Assembly (NCBI GenBank): GCA_973895155.1
Contig: OZ316893.1
Coordinates: 2,254,420 to 2,318,419, forward strand
Reading direction: 5' to 3'
Source of the DNA: Marsupella aquatica
Taxonomy: Eukaryota; Plantae; Marchantiophyta
Length of the DNA: 64,000 bases
Each line of letters starts with the position of its first letter. The stretch's first letter is position 1. The notes beneath the pieces are model-generated. The model saw only the letters and a program-made list of their open reading frames with translations. It searched no databases and was not told the origin of the DNA. Positions 25,060 through 38,643 of the stretch are shown here, piece after piece. Both the position numbers and the translations under genes were made by a program.

Positions 25060-25850
25060 TGTTAAACCAAGGTAATAGACATGACTTGCAAATTATAGTA
25101 TAGACAGCTGCACACTGGTGTATTTATATGCAATGGTAGACTTTGAGAGCAAGTAATCATATAGATAGCCCTACATTGGTCTGTTCGCATAAAGTGGCAA
25201 AGTTGGATTGCAATTGAAATCTGGTGTGGTTGAATACAATGGTAGGCTTTGACAGCACTTATAGCATAGGTAGCCCCGCACCATGCTTGAATAAAGTGGC
25301 AGAGTTCATTCGCAAACTACAGTATAGATAGCCACACACTGGTGTGTTTGAATAGAGTGGTATCCTTCAAAGTAGTAGATTTTGATCCGGAATATGATAA
25401 AGATAGCCCCCCACTGGTGTGTGTGAATAAAGTGGTAGACTTCAATCAGGAATTGGAGTATAACTGGCCCCAGGTGTGTTTTGAATAAAGTGGCAGACTA
25501 CAATCCCAAAGTATAATATACTTAGCCACACACTTGTGCCTTTCAATATAGTGGTAGACTTCAATCACAAATTGGAGTATACTTAGCCGCACGCTGATGT
25601 ATTTGAATAACATGGTAGACTTCAATCACGAATTAGAGTATAGACAGACTTCAACACGATATAGAGTATAGACATTTTCAATCACGAATTAGAGTATAGA
25701 CAAATTTCAATCACGAATTAGAGAATAGACAATGGCACGAATTAGAGTATAGGCAGGCTTCAATCACGAATCAGAGTATAGACAGACTTCAATCACGAAT
25801 TAGAGAATTAAACAGCCAGACACTGATGTGTTGAATAAAGCAAAGGCAGG
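25060..25850. repeat. Minisatellite with about 60-bp units grading into about 30-bp units
   Basis: GTATAGATAGCC.CACACTGGTGTGTTTGAATAAAGTGGTAGACTTCAATC units to about 25620, then CTTCAATCACGAATTAGAGTATAGACAGA half-units to about 25810. Confidence 0.88.
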
Positions 25851-27686
25851 TCACTTTGCTCGGTTGCCTCCCGGTGTCATTTTGTGGAAGTCGACAATGG
25901 GAGGCATCGAAGCTCTTCTCCAAAATGCCACCTGGATGTCACTAGAAAAGACCTCAGACAGATACAACCGCGACCAAAAAGGACCCTCCTTCACGCGTCT
26001 TGGCCAGGCCTGACATTGAAAGGTGGGATAGAAAAACCTCGAAGAATGATGGACTCAAGACTCTCACTCTTCTCATATTGGAGTGCTTTGCCTCTTGACA
26101 TCTTCGGCTTGGAGTCTGGACGGTGCACTGTGACTGCGAACTCATGAGTGCCTCAACTCCGGGACCACCTGCTTCTGTTACCAGTTGGCTCTTTTCGTCC
26201 AGTAGCTCCAGAATGATCCTTGTGGTGGGTGGAAGGCTTCAATGGCTTGTTCCAGACAATGAGTTGACGTAATAGGAAAGCTATGCAGTCCGAGAGAACA
26301 GAGCATGATGAAGTTCCTTATGACAACGTATCTCGGCCGTCAACACTACAGCACCCAACACTACATTACCTACTGTGCACATTACTGAAGACAAAATCTT
26401 ATGATCCGAGCGCACTTTCCAGTAAACACGGTGACAGATGAGGTTTCCCATTTCAATTTCAGAGCGAATATTTGACCTTCTCTTCCACTTGGAATCCTAG
26501 GACTGCACTATTCGAGAACTTCCAGGGTGATGTGAGGGTTTCCCGTAATACCGGGACATTGACAATCTGCACATTTCTTTTAGGAGTTGTACAGCGGACG
26601 ACAGGGCATGCGCCTTCATATACCACGGTAGTAACAGGGATGGCTATGAGTCAACAAGCCCCTTGGGTTATTAAACAAGTCAAAACTGCTCATCATGAGC
26701 TTAGACGGTGAGAGAGTAAGTTTCTCGACTTCCACATGAATCTTCCAAATTAGACTCTGGGAGTATCTCTAGGAACCCAGATTCATCTTGAAGGCGCTTG
26801 GACCTGGCCAGGTCAAAGTCCAAAGAGCTGACGGACCCACTCAGATCATACTCGGGTTTGCGGGCTGGGTTACCAAAGTGGGTTGAAGGGAAATTGCCGG
26901 GACAGAGTCCAGAACCACGGTGCGACTCTCACTCAAGTGAACCACATCCTCTCAGATCAAGAACAAAACCAGACAAGTCGAAATCAAAACCATAAACTGA
27001 GAGCGGAGATGTACATATATAACACAGTATAAACACGATTAGGAACATTACAGTGAGCTCTCTTGGGAGTTACATTTCGCAATAGGCTATCGTATCTTGC
27101 AGGTGATACACTACGCGATGGTTAACGGAGTCCAAGAGTCGACAACAAATTGAAACAGTGCATGTTATCAGAGCCAAGGTTCACCACTTGTTCTATCAAA
27201 ACGTTGGCACACTGTCCAGAATATTGACTACTCCTGGAGTAGTTTAGTGACCATCAGAGTATCGGTTTATTCTCCATATCTTGCTCGTAGAATCATTACC
27301 TAAAATTTCGAATCAAATGACATTATACAATCGGAATAATCCTGACGTAACCTTTACTTATGGACGTCCAACCCTTACAGCAGAGCTTTGAGATTTTAAA
27401 AGGCAACCCTACTTATGTCTAACTCAAAACACTGTGACGGAAGGGCTAATGGTGAAAAGTACCTCCACCAAGAGTGGTCAAACGGAAGCAGACCAACACA
27501 CAAATGTGACCCGGCTTGTTATTGTCTTCAGAACCGGCAAAAGACTCTCACAATCATGCTCTTCCTCTGGCCACCACCAAACGCAGGACTCTCACAAATA
27601 AACAACCGTTCTACAGAAATGTAGGGTCCCAGAGAGCTTCGTCGTTTGGGATTGGGCGCATAAGCACCCTTCCGAACGATGCCACC

Positions 27687-29211
27687 TCATTTCTTCAACA
27701 CGGCGGTGAAACCTGAAGGGAGCATACCCTGAGTTCCACAGTCGAGGTTGGGCCCAAGGTCAACACCAAGTATTTCACTAGCAAATTTCGTGTACGTAGA
27801 AATGCGATCATCTGCCCTGGGATCATCACCGTGTCCGCACTCAACCTGGCCATTCAAGATATTGATAGTCAGCCCAAACCCCGCTGAGCGGAAGGCGCCA
27901 GTGTCATTAGGTGTCGGCTTCCATTCACCCACCATTACCGAGTGAGCAGACGGGTTGGGGTGCTGAGGGGTGACCCACAACCACATTGCAGTTTGCCATG
28001 CAACTGTTGCGTTGTTTGCGACTAGGCCGGGATAGTTCAGGAAGTCGTAACCCAAAGCGTTACCTACTGTTCCATAGTTGTAGTTGAACAACACAGGTAA
28101 AGGGCCACGGCCCGAATAGCTTACTCCGTTCACACAGGGATAGCGTGGATCTGGCACACAGTAAATGCTGGTAGGAGAGAGGTCCTGGTTGTAGCACAAT
28201 CCCCATGCATATGGTCCACCCAATGACCCAGACCATCCACCTGCAACGAAACCCACAAAGAGTCATCTTCACTGCTGTCCATGCAGTACACTTCTCAAGC
28301 CAGCTGGGAAAGATGGCAGCGGATACAAGGGAGTATCGATACGACATAAACTTAAGAACATTCCCTTTCCACGTGAGTCCTCACTATCAACGCAGGCGCA
28401 AAAATCACCGTCCAACCCCTGATCTACTGCAACTCAGAAAAGTAAAATTGCAAGCATCTTTCAAGTATCTCTATGGACAAAACGTGCGGTTGCGGTTGAT
28501 CAATTAACATCAATCATTGACTGTGGCCAGCTAAACGTTGTCGTCTCCCTCCCACACATCTGATAAGCTACACTAAATGGGCATCCTCCAATCGCTCTGC
28601 TAAATGTGGCAAAAGACGCTTCTATTTCAAATGTATCTTCCGGTCGCAGATGTTCCTCCTCCTTGTCTCTGTTTCGCAATCTACAGAATGCAACATATAG
28701 GATATGACCCACTCATCGTCGGAGTGTATTGTTCATTCTTCTCGTACTAGATTTCCAAATCCTGTCCATACTTACCACTCCTTCCATCATCCCTCCCTCC
28801 AATCGACCTTTCTAATTCCTGACCACATTAGGCATTCATCCCCTTTAATTCCTCAACAATAATGTCACAGAGTGCAGGCGAAGAATATTTACAGGATGTC
28901 TCGTGGGCACAATGGGCGAGGAAGGCCGAGATTTCACGCTTTTGCGTATCCGAGCCACCCTTCAAAAATAGACCTTGCGCCTGGAATGTGTCTGCGGCCT
29001 GCAAGAACGTCGCGTAGTCATAGAAGCCTTGGGCGTGCGCGAACTGACTATTGATGTTTGGGAAAAAGGAAGCGAAATCATCAGCGGTGTAGACCTCCGC
29101 GAGCGTCAGGTTATCCTTTCCCAAGCCCGGTCCAACCTGCGACGCGCTCACTTGCAACGCCAACGTGACCGCGACCGCCAGCCATATAGCGGCAAGGACG
29201 GCCTTGCCCAT
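27687..29211 (-). CDS. Secreted GH19 chitinase-like protein (CTL-related, no hevein domain), about 290 aa
   Basis: Exons 29211-28893 and 28240-27687 (GT-AG, phase 1). Signal peptide MGKAVLAAIWLAVAVTLALQVSA. Motifs GFYDY..F..AA, KREISAFLAHCAHETSCGW, GGPYAWGLCYN, YPC..GVSYSGRGPLP..FNYNYG, PSAHSVMVG.WKPT, GFGLTINILNG.VECG. Probable 5'UTR intron(s), with donors at 29793 and 30011. Confidence 0.93.
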
Positions 29212-29970
29212 CTTTTTCCGTTCTCGCTCACCTGGTCCCCACAGTTCCACCACACCCAAACGAGATCATCAGCACCAGACATCTAAGCACGCGCCACAAC
29301 AGTCGCCCGAAGCCAAACATTGCTGCTTCGACTCTCTCCGAACTGTGTGGAGCATTCGACAATGTGGGAGCGGTCTTCAACACTTCCACAGAAAAGCAAG
29401 CCAAAATGACGAAACCAGAGCAAAAACTCAAAACGACACCATTTCCAAATGAAACGGACAGGCACACAGAGGTCCAAGACGACCTTGAGTAAACTCAAAC
29501 TTCACAATAAGTCCCCTCTCCCTTCTCCTCCCGACACTCAATGGATCAAATCACAGACAGCCAAGTACACATAACGCGACGATGAGGGAGGTGGCCAGAT
29601 TACTCCACTAACACTGACTCTTGAGAAAGGACCCTCAACGATGTCTCTGGTTGAATCGTCAGCTACACACTACAGCTACCTCTAGACTACAATGCGCAAA
29701 TCCACAGTACAACACAGCCACTCTTTCATCAAAATTCCGTCCAGCTTCGAACAAATAGCACCCACCAGAGTGACCGACGCTGAAAAAGGTTACCTGAGAG
29801 AGAGAGAGAGATGGCCAGATTCCTACGATCCAGAGAAGAAACAAGGACCCACAACAATGTCTCAGAACAGGTCGCAGCCTCTTCAATCCAAGTTGCTCCA
29901 AACACAAATGGAACAAATCGTACACACCAGATTGAGAAACGGTGAAATACAGAGAGATACACAAACACAA

Positions 29971-29974
<4 letters not shown>

Positions 29975-30006
<32 letters not shown>
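29975..30006. repeat. (AG)16 microsatellite
   Basis: Perfect dinucleotide run next to a putative 5'UTR splice donor of the chitinase-like gene. Confidence 0.95.
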
Positions 30007-30011
<5 letters not shown>

Positions 30012-31847
30012 CGAGGCTCAAATCAGGGCGCAGACAACTCGAGATTGCAATGCACACAATAGGAGAAGGCGAAGCGAAGACAGACCCGAATCCCCAATCG
30101 AGTGGAGCTGTGGAGAGAGAAGAGAGGAGACGACGAGCCAACAAAGCTGAACCTGAAGCTGAAGCGCAGTGTGAGACAGCGCACCTTCAATCAGAGACAG
30201 AGGGTGATCCGCAATCAAGCCATTTCCGGACCGACACGGGAAAAGACACGCCATACCCAGTTTGCTGCATTGCCAGCCTGCCGCCAAACAGGCAATCGTC
30301 GGACTGCGACCGAAAGCGAGTCGACGCCCAGCTGCCCCAGTTGCCCCACTCTGCATCAGTGGGAGTCGGGGAGTGGGGGGCCCCTGCCATCAATCATGCA
30401 TGCGACCCACAATCAAAGAGGGCCGCGGGGGAAAGGCAGAAATGAATGAGGGCCGTCGGATGCGTGTTGCGGTCCAATTGGGGGGCGACTGGGAGGGCCC
30501 ACCGGAATTGCGTCACGGGCCAATAAGTGAGACGCTTTTTTTGGAAGCGTTCCTCTGGTCGGACTCTTTTCTTTCTCCCTGAAGGAAAGCCCCCATCTAT
30601 AGTATGGACTACCATAGTGCTCGGGACAAAACAAATCACCTACTGTACTTTAGGGGAGCTATTTTGCAAATTATTTTTTGGGTATGGATACTTGGCGGTG
30701 ACGCATTGAGGCTAGCTTGAATGCCAGAGGATAATTATTTTCTATCCTGATACTTTTTCATGTAAAATTTGAGTACTCTTGTGTAATTCCGGGAACCGTT
30801 GGACTCGATCCATTTCTTATATGATTTGCAATCGTAGTGTATATTCATGATCCACTCTGTAGGGTGAAATAATGGACGTGAATTTCTCTGGTAACAGAAT
30901 ATATATATGAGTAGAGACCAGCATGAGGAGTCTGGGTAATGGGAGCCCTCCCTGTGCATATGTCTTCAAACTGGTAGACACAAAGGTTGGATCTGGAGGT
31001 GTGGATAGACACACTTGAATCAAATCATAGTGTAACAAAATTGGGGCAAAGTACTCTGGAAAACTGCAAATAGTGTCATGGGCGTATATTTTAATGTTTG
31101 GTTTTGTGTAATCACATTCTGTGAGTCTATCCAAGCACCTTCTCAACCTTTCTGTCCATCGAGCTTTTCTTTTTCTTTTTCTTTCTTTTTCTCCTCTCCT
31201 CCTTGTTTCAACATCATTCAACCACAATCTCAATCAGCCACACCATCCACTCTTTTCACAATCTCCATCCACCATCCACCATCTCCCTCCACTTTGGATT
31301 CCAGCTCTCTTTGGCCCCTCTCCCTCTTTTCACCCTGCTCCAGCTTTCTATTCCAACTCTCTTTTGCCCTCTCCCACTCCCCTCACACCTCCAACTTGCG
31401 ACTTCAATTCTCTTCTCTTCTCTCTCACTTTCCCTCCTCCACAACTTTTGATTCCAACTCTCGTTTGCTTCCTCCCTACCCCCTCTCTTCTTCTAACTTG
31501 GGAGCCTGTTGTCCACACTTACTATTGTAAATGAACATTTGTTATACATGAGTATAATACGCCCAAAATAACAATAATAATATTTAGTTCGTGTGTATAT
31601 GTGGGGGGAGGGGTCTAAGATTTGCTCTAGCCATGTACAGCAAATAAAGGGTGGTTATGGTGAACAGGTGCTATCCATATAAACAGGAATGCTTGTGTAC
31701 TATTTATTACTGCTAGTTCTGTGGCTGGTCCATGTTTTTGGAGGGAAAGCGCCACTTCCCCTGCTAATAAAGTTGTCCCATTGATTGGCATAGGACTTGT
31801 ACCACATCCACTGTTTTCCTTGTGGGCACCATGCAACACTCCAGCTC

Positions 31848-32010
31848 AGGGGGCCTTTACAAGAATAGAGGCCAGTTTTTTTTTTCTTTCTTTCTGTGTC
31901 TGAGATGTGATCCTAGCCATTCAAATGTGGAGACAAGCCTGACTTCACTTTGCTTGAGTTTGTGGGCACAATCTGTCATTGGCCATTCTAGTCACATGCT
32001 AGTGGGACCC
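31848..32010 (+). mobile_element. Dispersed MITE-like repeat, related to 50725-50885
   Basis: GGGGCCTTTACAA...AGGCCAG...TGAGATG..ATCCTAGC.ATTCAAATGTG...GACTTCACTTT...GCT.GTGG.ACCC occurs at both loci. Confidence 0.6.
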
Positions 32011-32154
32011 TTGTTGCTTCTTTGTTTGCTGATGTGAACGTTTTTTATTCTTTCCAAAAACGGAGTGGGGGCCTAAGTATTTGGGCAAGGTTTCATGCGC
32101 CCAGAGTGAGGAGTATAGATGTGCTGTCCTAATGTTTGAGCGAATAGATTACAA

Positions 32155-32390
32155 AAATTTACATTGGGATTCTCCTGAAGCTCACATTGGTTTTCGCGAT
32201 TATCCTCACGCTCACATTGGTTTTCGCGATTATCCTGATGCTCACATTGGCTTTCTTACGATTATCTTCAAAAGCTCGCATTTGTTTTCGCGATTCCTCT
32301 GAAGGCTCGCATTGGTTTTCGCGATTACTCTGAAGGCTCGCATTGGTTTTCGCGATTCCAGTGAAGCTCGCAGTGGTTTCGTGATTCTCA
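32155..32390. repeat. 30-31-bp minisatellite, about 7-8 units
   Basis: GCTC(A/G)CATTGGTTTTCGCGATTA.CCTGAA repeated in tandem. Confidence 0.9.
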
Positions 32391-33026
32391 CGGTGCTTTC
32401 AAACTCTTCCTAACGAATGCTCTGATGTTCTTCACGAATGGTCTCCGCCGTGCACGGTGCAACAATGGAAGAAGGTCTGGACTAAAGTACTCGAAGAGCT
32501 GAGGGAAACTCGGATGAGAAAAGAGGAAGAGAACGAGATCTCCTACCCCGAAAGCACTCACATTACAAGAAATGTCAATGGCGATGCTCAGAGGGTCTAG
32601 GATACACGCAGATTCGACGGCCGACCATGGGACCCGTCAGAAATCTCGCAATAGAGAAAGTCAGCTTGAATGTTGAGGCAGAAAGAATGAATGAATGAAG
32701 CCTCTTGTGGCAGCACCATCTGTAGGGATACTTGATTTCCAATTTGATCTGCCAAGCTCTTGCTTGAGTTCGAATGTATCAAGATTGTGGGTGCAGTAAC
32801 GGAGTGTTGTATTCTCTCTAGAGCCGTCAGCATTATGTGCAACTCAAATGGGGATCACCCGGCGAGGTCACTCAGCGGCCGTTTATTAGTGCCTTCCGGT
32901 ATTCGGAGAGCGTTTGCATCAGCTGTGCGAATTGATGCTGAATTGGATTTAGTTGGGTAAAAGCTTGCGAGATCAACCAAACGTTTCCGTTCCTCTTTGA
33001 TTTGGCGTGCAATCTGAGAAGAGAAA

Positions 33027-36000
33027 ATGGTGAAGGTTAGATTCGTGTCGCGCTTGGATAATTTCATGGACATGGTTGCAGCGCTCCCGGCAGCCAAACT
33101 CGACGACCTCTACGACAGCCCCTGGACGTGCCAGGCTGTCGTGCGGTACGTGGATTTCCATCTCTCTGCTCGCTCGTCAATGCCGCAGCGTTTTTCCAAC
33201 GTGTTCTAATTTTACATGGTGTGATTACAGCCATTGAGTTTTGCGTCGAGTTGCTTTCAATTTTATGATCAACCCTAAATCCCTTGAGAGTGGCTATATT
33301 CTGAAATGTGTCAAGATGGATTCTGAATTCATCATTTTTACCAAGAAGTGTAATGCAATTTTTGTGTTTCTCGTTCTGAAACTCAAGACTTCATTTAGAA
33401 AACCTCTGACTTTCGGAATGCCAGCTGGAGAAGTGCCACACTCATTGCAAGTTATGAAGGGACCTGGCTGGTCTTTGATATCCACATCCTAAACCTTTTT
33501 CAAACCATCTTTTCTCACTCAGAAAATTCATTTCTCTATCCTTTAGTGCATTATGTAAGGCAAGTCGGGAGTACCTGATATCTAGAATCCCGACATGGTT
33601 TTTGAATCGCTGGACGATCACTTTGCACCTCTGCAATTTAGAGACAAAACCAGAGAAATCCAGAGCACCTGAAAACCTGGACGTTACACCATAGTAACAA
33701 TTATTTGCCTGGGGCAAACGGGTTGAACCACAATAGATCTAGAGTAAGATCCTGTAGCCGGGAGAGGAGTACTGACTCCTTTGTCATGTAGCGTGAAAGG
33801 CATGGAGCTGAACCAGAAAAGATGAAACCGAAAAGGAAAGACATTTTGGCATGTGGTAAGATTGCGCAAGGGGTTTCTCATACCCATGGCGACAGAGTGA
33901 AGCTCAATCCGATAAGTTTATAAGGAAGAAGTGTTCTCGCACCTTAGCCTTAGCTTTGTTGAAGTACTCCTGAATTCGTTATGATCAAAAGATATGTTGG
34001 GTTTCGTTCTTGACATGGGTGACTTTCCTGCAGGTCACTTCCACCTCTGTCAAAGCAGTACGTGCTACGACTTTTGCATGTTGAGGCACCCCTGTCAAGT
34101 AAATTAATGCAGGATTGGGCTTTGACTGATGCTCTTACAAAACATAAAGTTGCGATGGACAAACTCGAGCACTTGCGAGTTATAATAGAGTCGACAGAAA
34201 GGTTACTACATTTCTGTGCCCCTTTTTTATGAAGTTTTTTGTGCACCCTTTGGTTGCCACTTGCTGATGAAAATCGTAACCCCGTCCTCAATGGCCAAGC
34301 TTGCACTGAAAGCAATTTTACGTGGTTGCAGGAAGAAAGAAGCGACATACAAGCTGAACCCGAAATTGCAGAAGCAGTTGAGAGAAGTGTTGAGAACAGG
34401 GTGAGTCTTCCGTGCATTCCTTCTTCAACTTAGTTATCGTCAGCTGGACCTTTTGGGATTTAGTTCTTCCAGCCCTCTGTCAATCAATACTGCCGGATTA
34501 GCTGAGTTCTATAAATTTTACATCCTGTATTTAGCTATCTGGTGGATGCGCAATTTTGGAATAGTACTTACGAACCAGACTTTTAAACTTTAAAGACAAG
34601 TAAGAGAGGCATATTTACAGGGTGTCAGATTCGTCTTGATTCAGGGGTGGTGTCCCTAGAGAGTCCATGCCCGCAAATTTTGCTGCAAGAGTTCCTTCTT
34701 TAGTGGATTTGGAAAACTATGCCACAAAGCAGTGGGAGGTGAATTCTGGTCCCTCTTCTAATGCATTGGCGAACTGCTTTTAAGCTCTCGTAAGCCCTGT
34801 GGATATCAGAGTTGTATGTGCGTTGTAGATGCCAGCCCCACGTTGCGATATGAGTTCGTCACTGCATCATGGGTTTGTACAAACATTCTAGACTTAGTCT
34901 TGTTTACGACCTTTCTTGTCATCATTTCTCAATGACCTCTGGAAAGTAGGTTTTGGACCACATCGAGATATAAGAGCACATCTTACGGCCGTTGAAGGTA
35001 CATCTGGCTGATGGAGCCTTTGTTGGATGGACATCTGCCAGGCGGTTCTGCTGCAACTTGTGAGTTCTGCGTTTGCCGAAGCTCCTGCTACTCCCATGAA
35101 TTCCTCCCTGCTAGAAACATTTAAACGCGCGGGCCTTCTGACTGCCAAGTGAGTGAGTCATTATCTCGAAGTCAAGATTATGCAGTGGTTTCATTTCGTC
35201 GGATCAAATTTTGGGTCTTTCCATTCTTTTGTTTTGTACGATAAAATCTGCAACTTGTGTTGATTGTCTCTGCTCCTTAGCAGAACATTACTTGAGACAG
35301 CAGTGTCAAGCAAAATGGTACCTCCAATCAAGTATATTAGCTGAAACTGATCCAGTCCAGTGTTTGGTGACAGAGGAAAAGAGCCACCAAGAATAACCGA
35401 TGCCGGTTTTCAATTTTTGGTAGGTTTCAAATCTTGACTTAAGAATGTTTTCATAATTATTTTTTTCAGTTCGTGGGTCAGTCGCTCTCATTGAGTGAAG
35501 TATGATTCTGAACTTTCGATCACTCATGATGTTTGCAGTTGATGGACACGAATTCTCAACTCTGGCAGATTGTGAAAGAATATGTCGTTTCTGCAGAGGT
35601 ATGGCGTGGTACCTAAAATTGATGTATAACAGCCAATTTGACAGTGTGCCATCAAAATAAAAGGATGCTTGTTTGTTGCAGTCCTGAAGGAGGATTTACA
35701 AGTGGTGGAGTTCAGTCCCTTTGAGGAGTTTGTATTTGCTGAGTCTGATGTTTGTCCTCACCTTCCTGCTATTGCCTTCATGTACATTAGGAGTTGGAGC
35801 TGCTGTCACGACTGTTAAGTTTAAGTAAGAGACTTGGAGAAAACACACGCTAATTGCAAGAATGCCTCTAACAGGAAACAGGGATGGACAGTGCAGAGCT
35901 TATTAGCTTTCTGCTGGAGCTCGGTTTCCTTCGCGTTGGTGAGGTACAAAATCCTCTAACTGCTATGAAATATAGTGCGAGCTAGCAAGAGCTGCTTTGC

Positions 36001-38643
36001 CCGTTGTTGTTTTGAGGATGAGGTCAGTTCGATGTCCCGTTGAGTTTGACGATTGTGGCCTCTGTGCACAAGCGGAACGCTTCCAATTGACATCCCTTCC
36101 AATTTTTTATGGCAGCCCTACAATTTCAACACTCTTTCAGGGGAGCAACAAAAAGTAATTAAGGAGTTAGCTGCCTTGGGCCTACTGCAGATGCAATCGG
36201 TCAGTCGACTGTATTTTAAACTATGCCTGCCTGCATAGCAATTGATGGTTTAAAGCGAAGAGTGATGGTCTTTGCAAGGAACTGAAAGAGTGGTTTCCAC
36301 AAAGGTTCCTGTGAATATTAGAAACCTATAAACGTAAATATCTTCAGCAGGATTAGGGGATCCCTATTCGCCTCCAATTGTCGCGACAGAATTAGTCTTT
36401 TGGTTTGGGAGCAAAAAAGAAGAAGGAAAAGGGGGTAGGTGGGTTGGGGAGCCAGGTTTGAGGGTGAACAGATGAGCAAGAAAGAGAAGAGGAAAGCTGA
36501 GTCGACTGTTTTGTTTTCGATCCAGGGAACCAGAGACCGGTGGTTTGTACCCACAAAACTGGCAGCTAACCTTTCAGCAAGTATTGCGGATTCCTCTACA
36601 GTACAAGCGGGAGAGGTGAGCCCAATATTTTATCTCAATTGTTCTGCTGCTCTTGATTTCTCAAGCCAAAGGAGAGTTTTCTGTAGTCTTCATGCATCAC
36701 AACTTGCTGCAAGACTTTTGGTTTTGGATTTAAATGGATTAGCAATTCATTTATTTATCGGAGTCTTCCAATATTGCTGGCCTACTGGAAGAACTTCACT
36801 CTCTAGATCTATACTTGTCTGAAACCGTTGTGTGCAATGGAACTGCGAAGGCAAATGTAGGGCTTATCTTTACTGTGGATGCCAAATGTTTCTGTATCAT
36901 GATTGGGTGTATGAGATCCCTCCAGGGTTTTATAATGGTGGAAACCAACTTCAGGGTTTACGCTTACACGAGTTCCAAACTTCAGTCGGAGATACTAAGA
37001 CTCTTTGTGCGGTAGGTTGATATTTGTTCACTCTAAATGAATGCATTTCAGTGTTATGTCACTTGGGCAATAAGTGCAGAGGACTTGACTCATATATTTA
37101 GGAGAGAGGATTAAAATATCTAAGCTCCTTTGAGAGTCCTGTGAAAAGTGCTACTTGTTCTGTTTCTTTTGAAGGATGTCAACACAGACAATTAATGCTG
37201 CAGCTCTCTTAGCTCAAGATCACTCCGAGCAGGCGTCACTACTCATTGACGGATTTAGAATTAGTTTTGCCGTTAATGTGATGAAAAATCTCCTTGCGAC
37301 TTACTGGGTTTGGCGTCTGGGTGATGCCACTGTTGATGCAGACTGGAATATCAGCTACCCAATATTGTTGTGGGGTCTTTGACAAAAGATAGTTTGAATA
37401 CGGCATTTGCCAGTGGCATCTCTTCTGACCAGGTATTGCAAAAGTTGACAAATTTATAGTCTCATTTTACTTTCACCTTGTTGATATATTGTCGCCCAAA
37501 GTTTAGTGTCTCAGGCATTTAACAAGACATACATGTGTGGATGCAGATAGTCTCGTTTTTGTCAAAGCACGCTCACCCCCATGCTGCAAAGAAGACACCT
37601 GTGGTTCCCGAGACTGTCACAGACCAGGTAAAATCAATGCATTGAAATGTCGGGACTGGCTGATCTTTAATGGAATGTGTGAGACTTTTTTTCAAAAGCC
37701 GCGAATCAGTCATTTTTCTTTGCATTCTGAGTTTGTGGTAATCGTTAAGGATCATGCCCGGTCGACCGATAGTCATAATGTGGCAGAGGCGTTAGCCATG
37801 TTTTGGCTCCTTCCAACGAAGCTCACCAGTTGTTCCTGGCCAGTTGCGAAGTGCTTTTCCAGTATTCTTATGTCAGAGTCAGAGTTGCTGAAACAAGCAA
37901 AGGCCCTAATAGTTATTCGTTGCAAGCAGATCCGATTGTGGGAAAATGATCGAAATCGAGTGCAAATGGCTTCAGCATACATATACAAGGATTTCTCTTC
38001 CGTGGTCTGTAAATCTTTTCTGATCTCCGAAGTTCCAACTTCATGATAGAAATAGAAATCTGACGAACCGCTTGTTCAGTAGAAGGCATTTCAATAGCTT
38101 TTGGAGCTGAACTTCAATCTTCCTGTTCTCTTCATAGTATCAAGTGTAGCTGTATTTTACCAGTACGGTTTTTGCCCTTATTGGGCCTCTGCTTTTGGCA
38201 ATCATGCGAGTCTTTCAAAAAATGAATGATATTCTTATGAGCCGAGGGAAATCTAATTTCTGAGTCCAAGGGCCAGAAAAAATTCTACGTGTTCAACGAA
38301 TGTTGAACAGGATTGAGATGCAAGGCCAGCCTAAATGGGCTTTTACGTGACCAAGGTCATATAAGCAGGGTTTAATCACATAAGTGCTTCCCGTTAAAGT
38401 GGTGTCCATTGATCTGTCTGACATCCACGTGCAGTATTGTTAACGTCTTCAAACGTCCAAAAATGTGGATGTGTCGTGGTTGCGTTTCAGGAAACGTTCG
38501 AAGCTGTTCTCCAGTTTGCCAAAGACATAGGTGGGCTTCTATGGGACGATGCATCGACTCAGAAGGTTGTTGTAATGACTGAAAGACATGAAGAAATGCG
38601 GAATTTTATTCGCAGGCAAAACACCCAGCCACAGCGGAGATGA
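33027..38643 (+). CDS. TFB2: General transcription and DNA repair factor IIH subunit TFB2 (p52/GTF2H4), about 463 aa
   Basis: 15 GT-AG, phase-consistent exons: 33027-33145, 34034-34201, 34332-34400, 34645-34738, 35042-35148, 35374-35419, 35539-35598, 35875-35943, 36116-36199, 36526-36615, 36926-37011, 37342-37432, 37547-37627, 37930-38004, 38491-38643. Motifs RSLPPLSKQYVLRLL, YATKQWE, ITDAGFQFLLMDTNSQLW, GFIMVETNFRVYAYT, YQLPN, VPETVTDQIRLWE. Confidence 0.94.

Noticed and set aside
25620-25810. CRISPR-like appearance of about 30-bp repeats
   Set aside because: Units are head-to-tail with no unique spacers, there are no cas genes, and the context is eukaryotic; it is a minisatellite. The same applies to 32155-32390.
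25828-26280. Exon-like sequence after the minisatellite
   Set aside because: No consistent frame, splice structure or family match seen.
29659-31534. Cluster of 100-167-aa ORFs
   Set aside because: They arise from AG/CT microsatellite and low-complexity leader or promoter DNA, with no recognisable domains.
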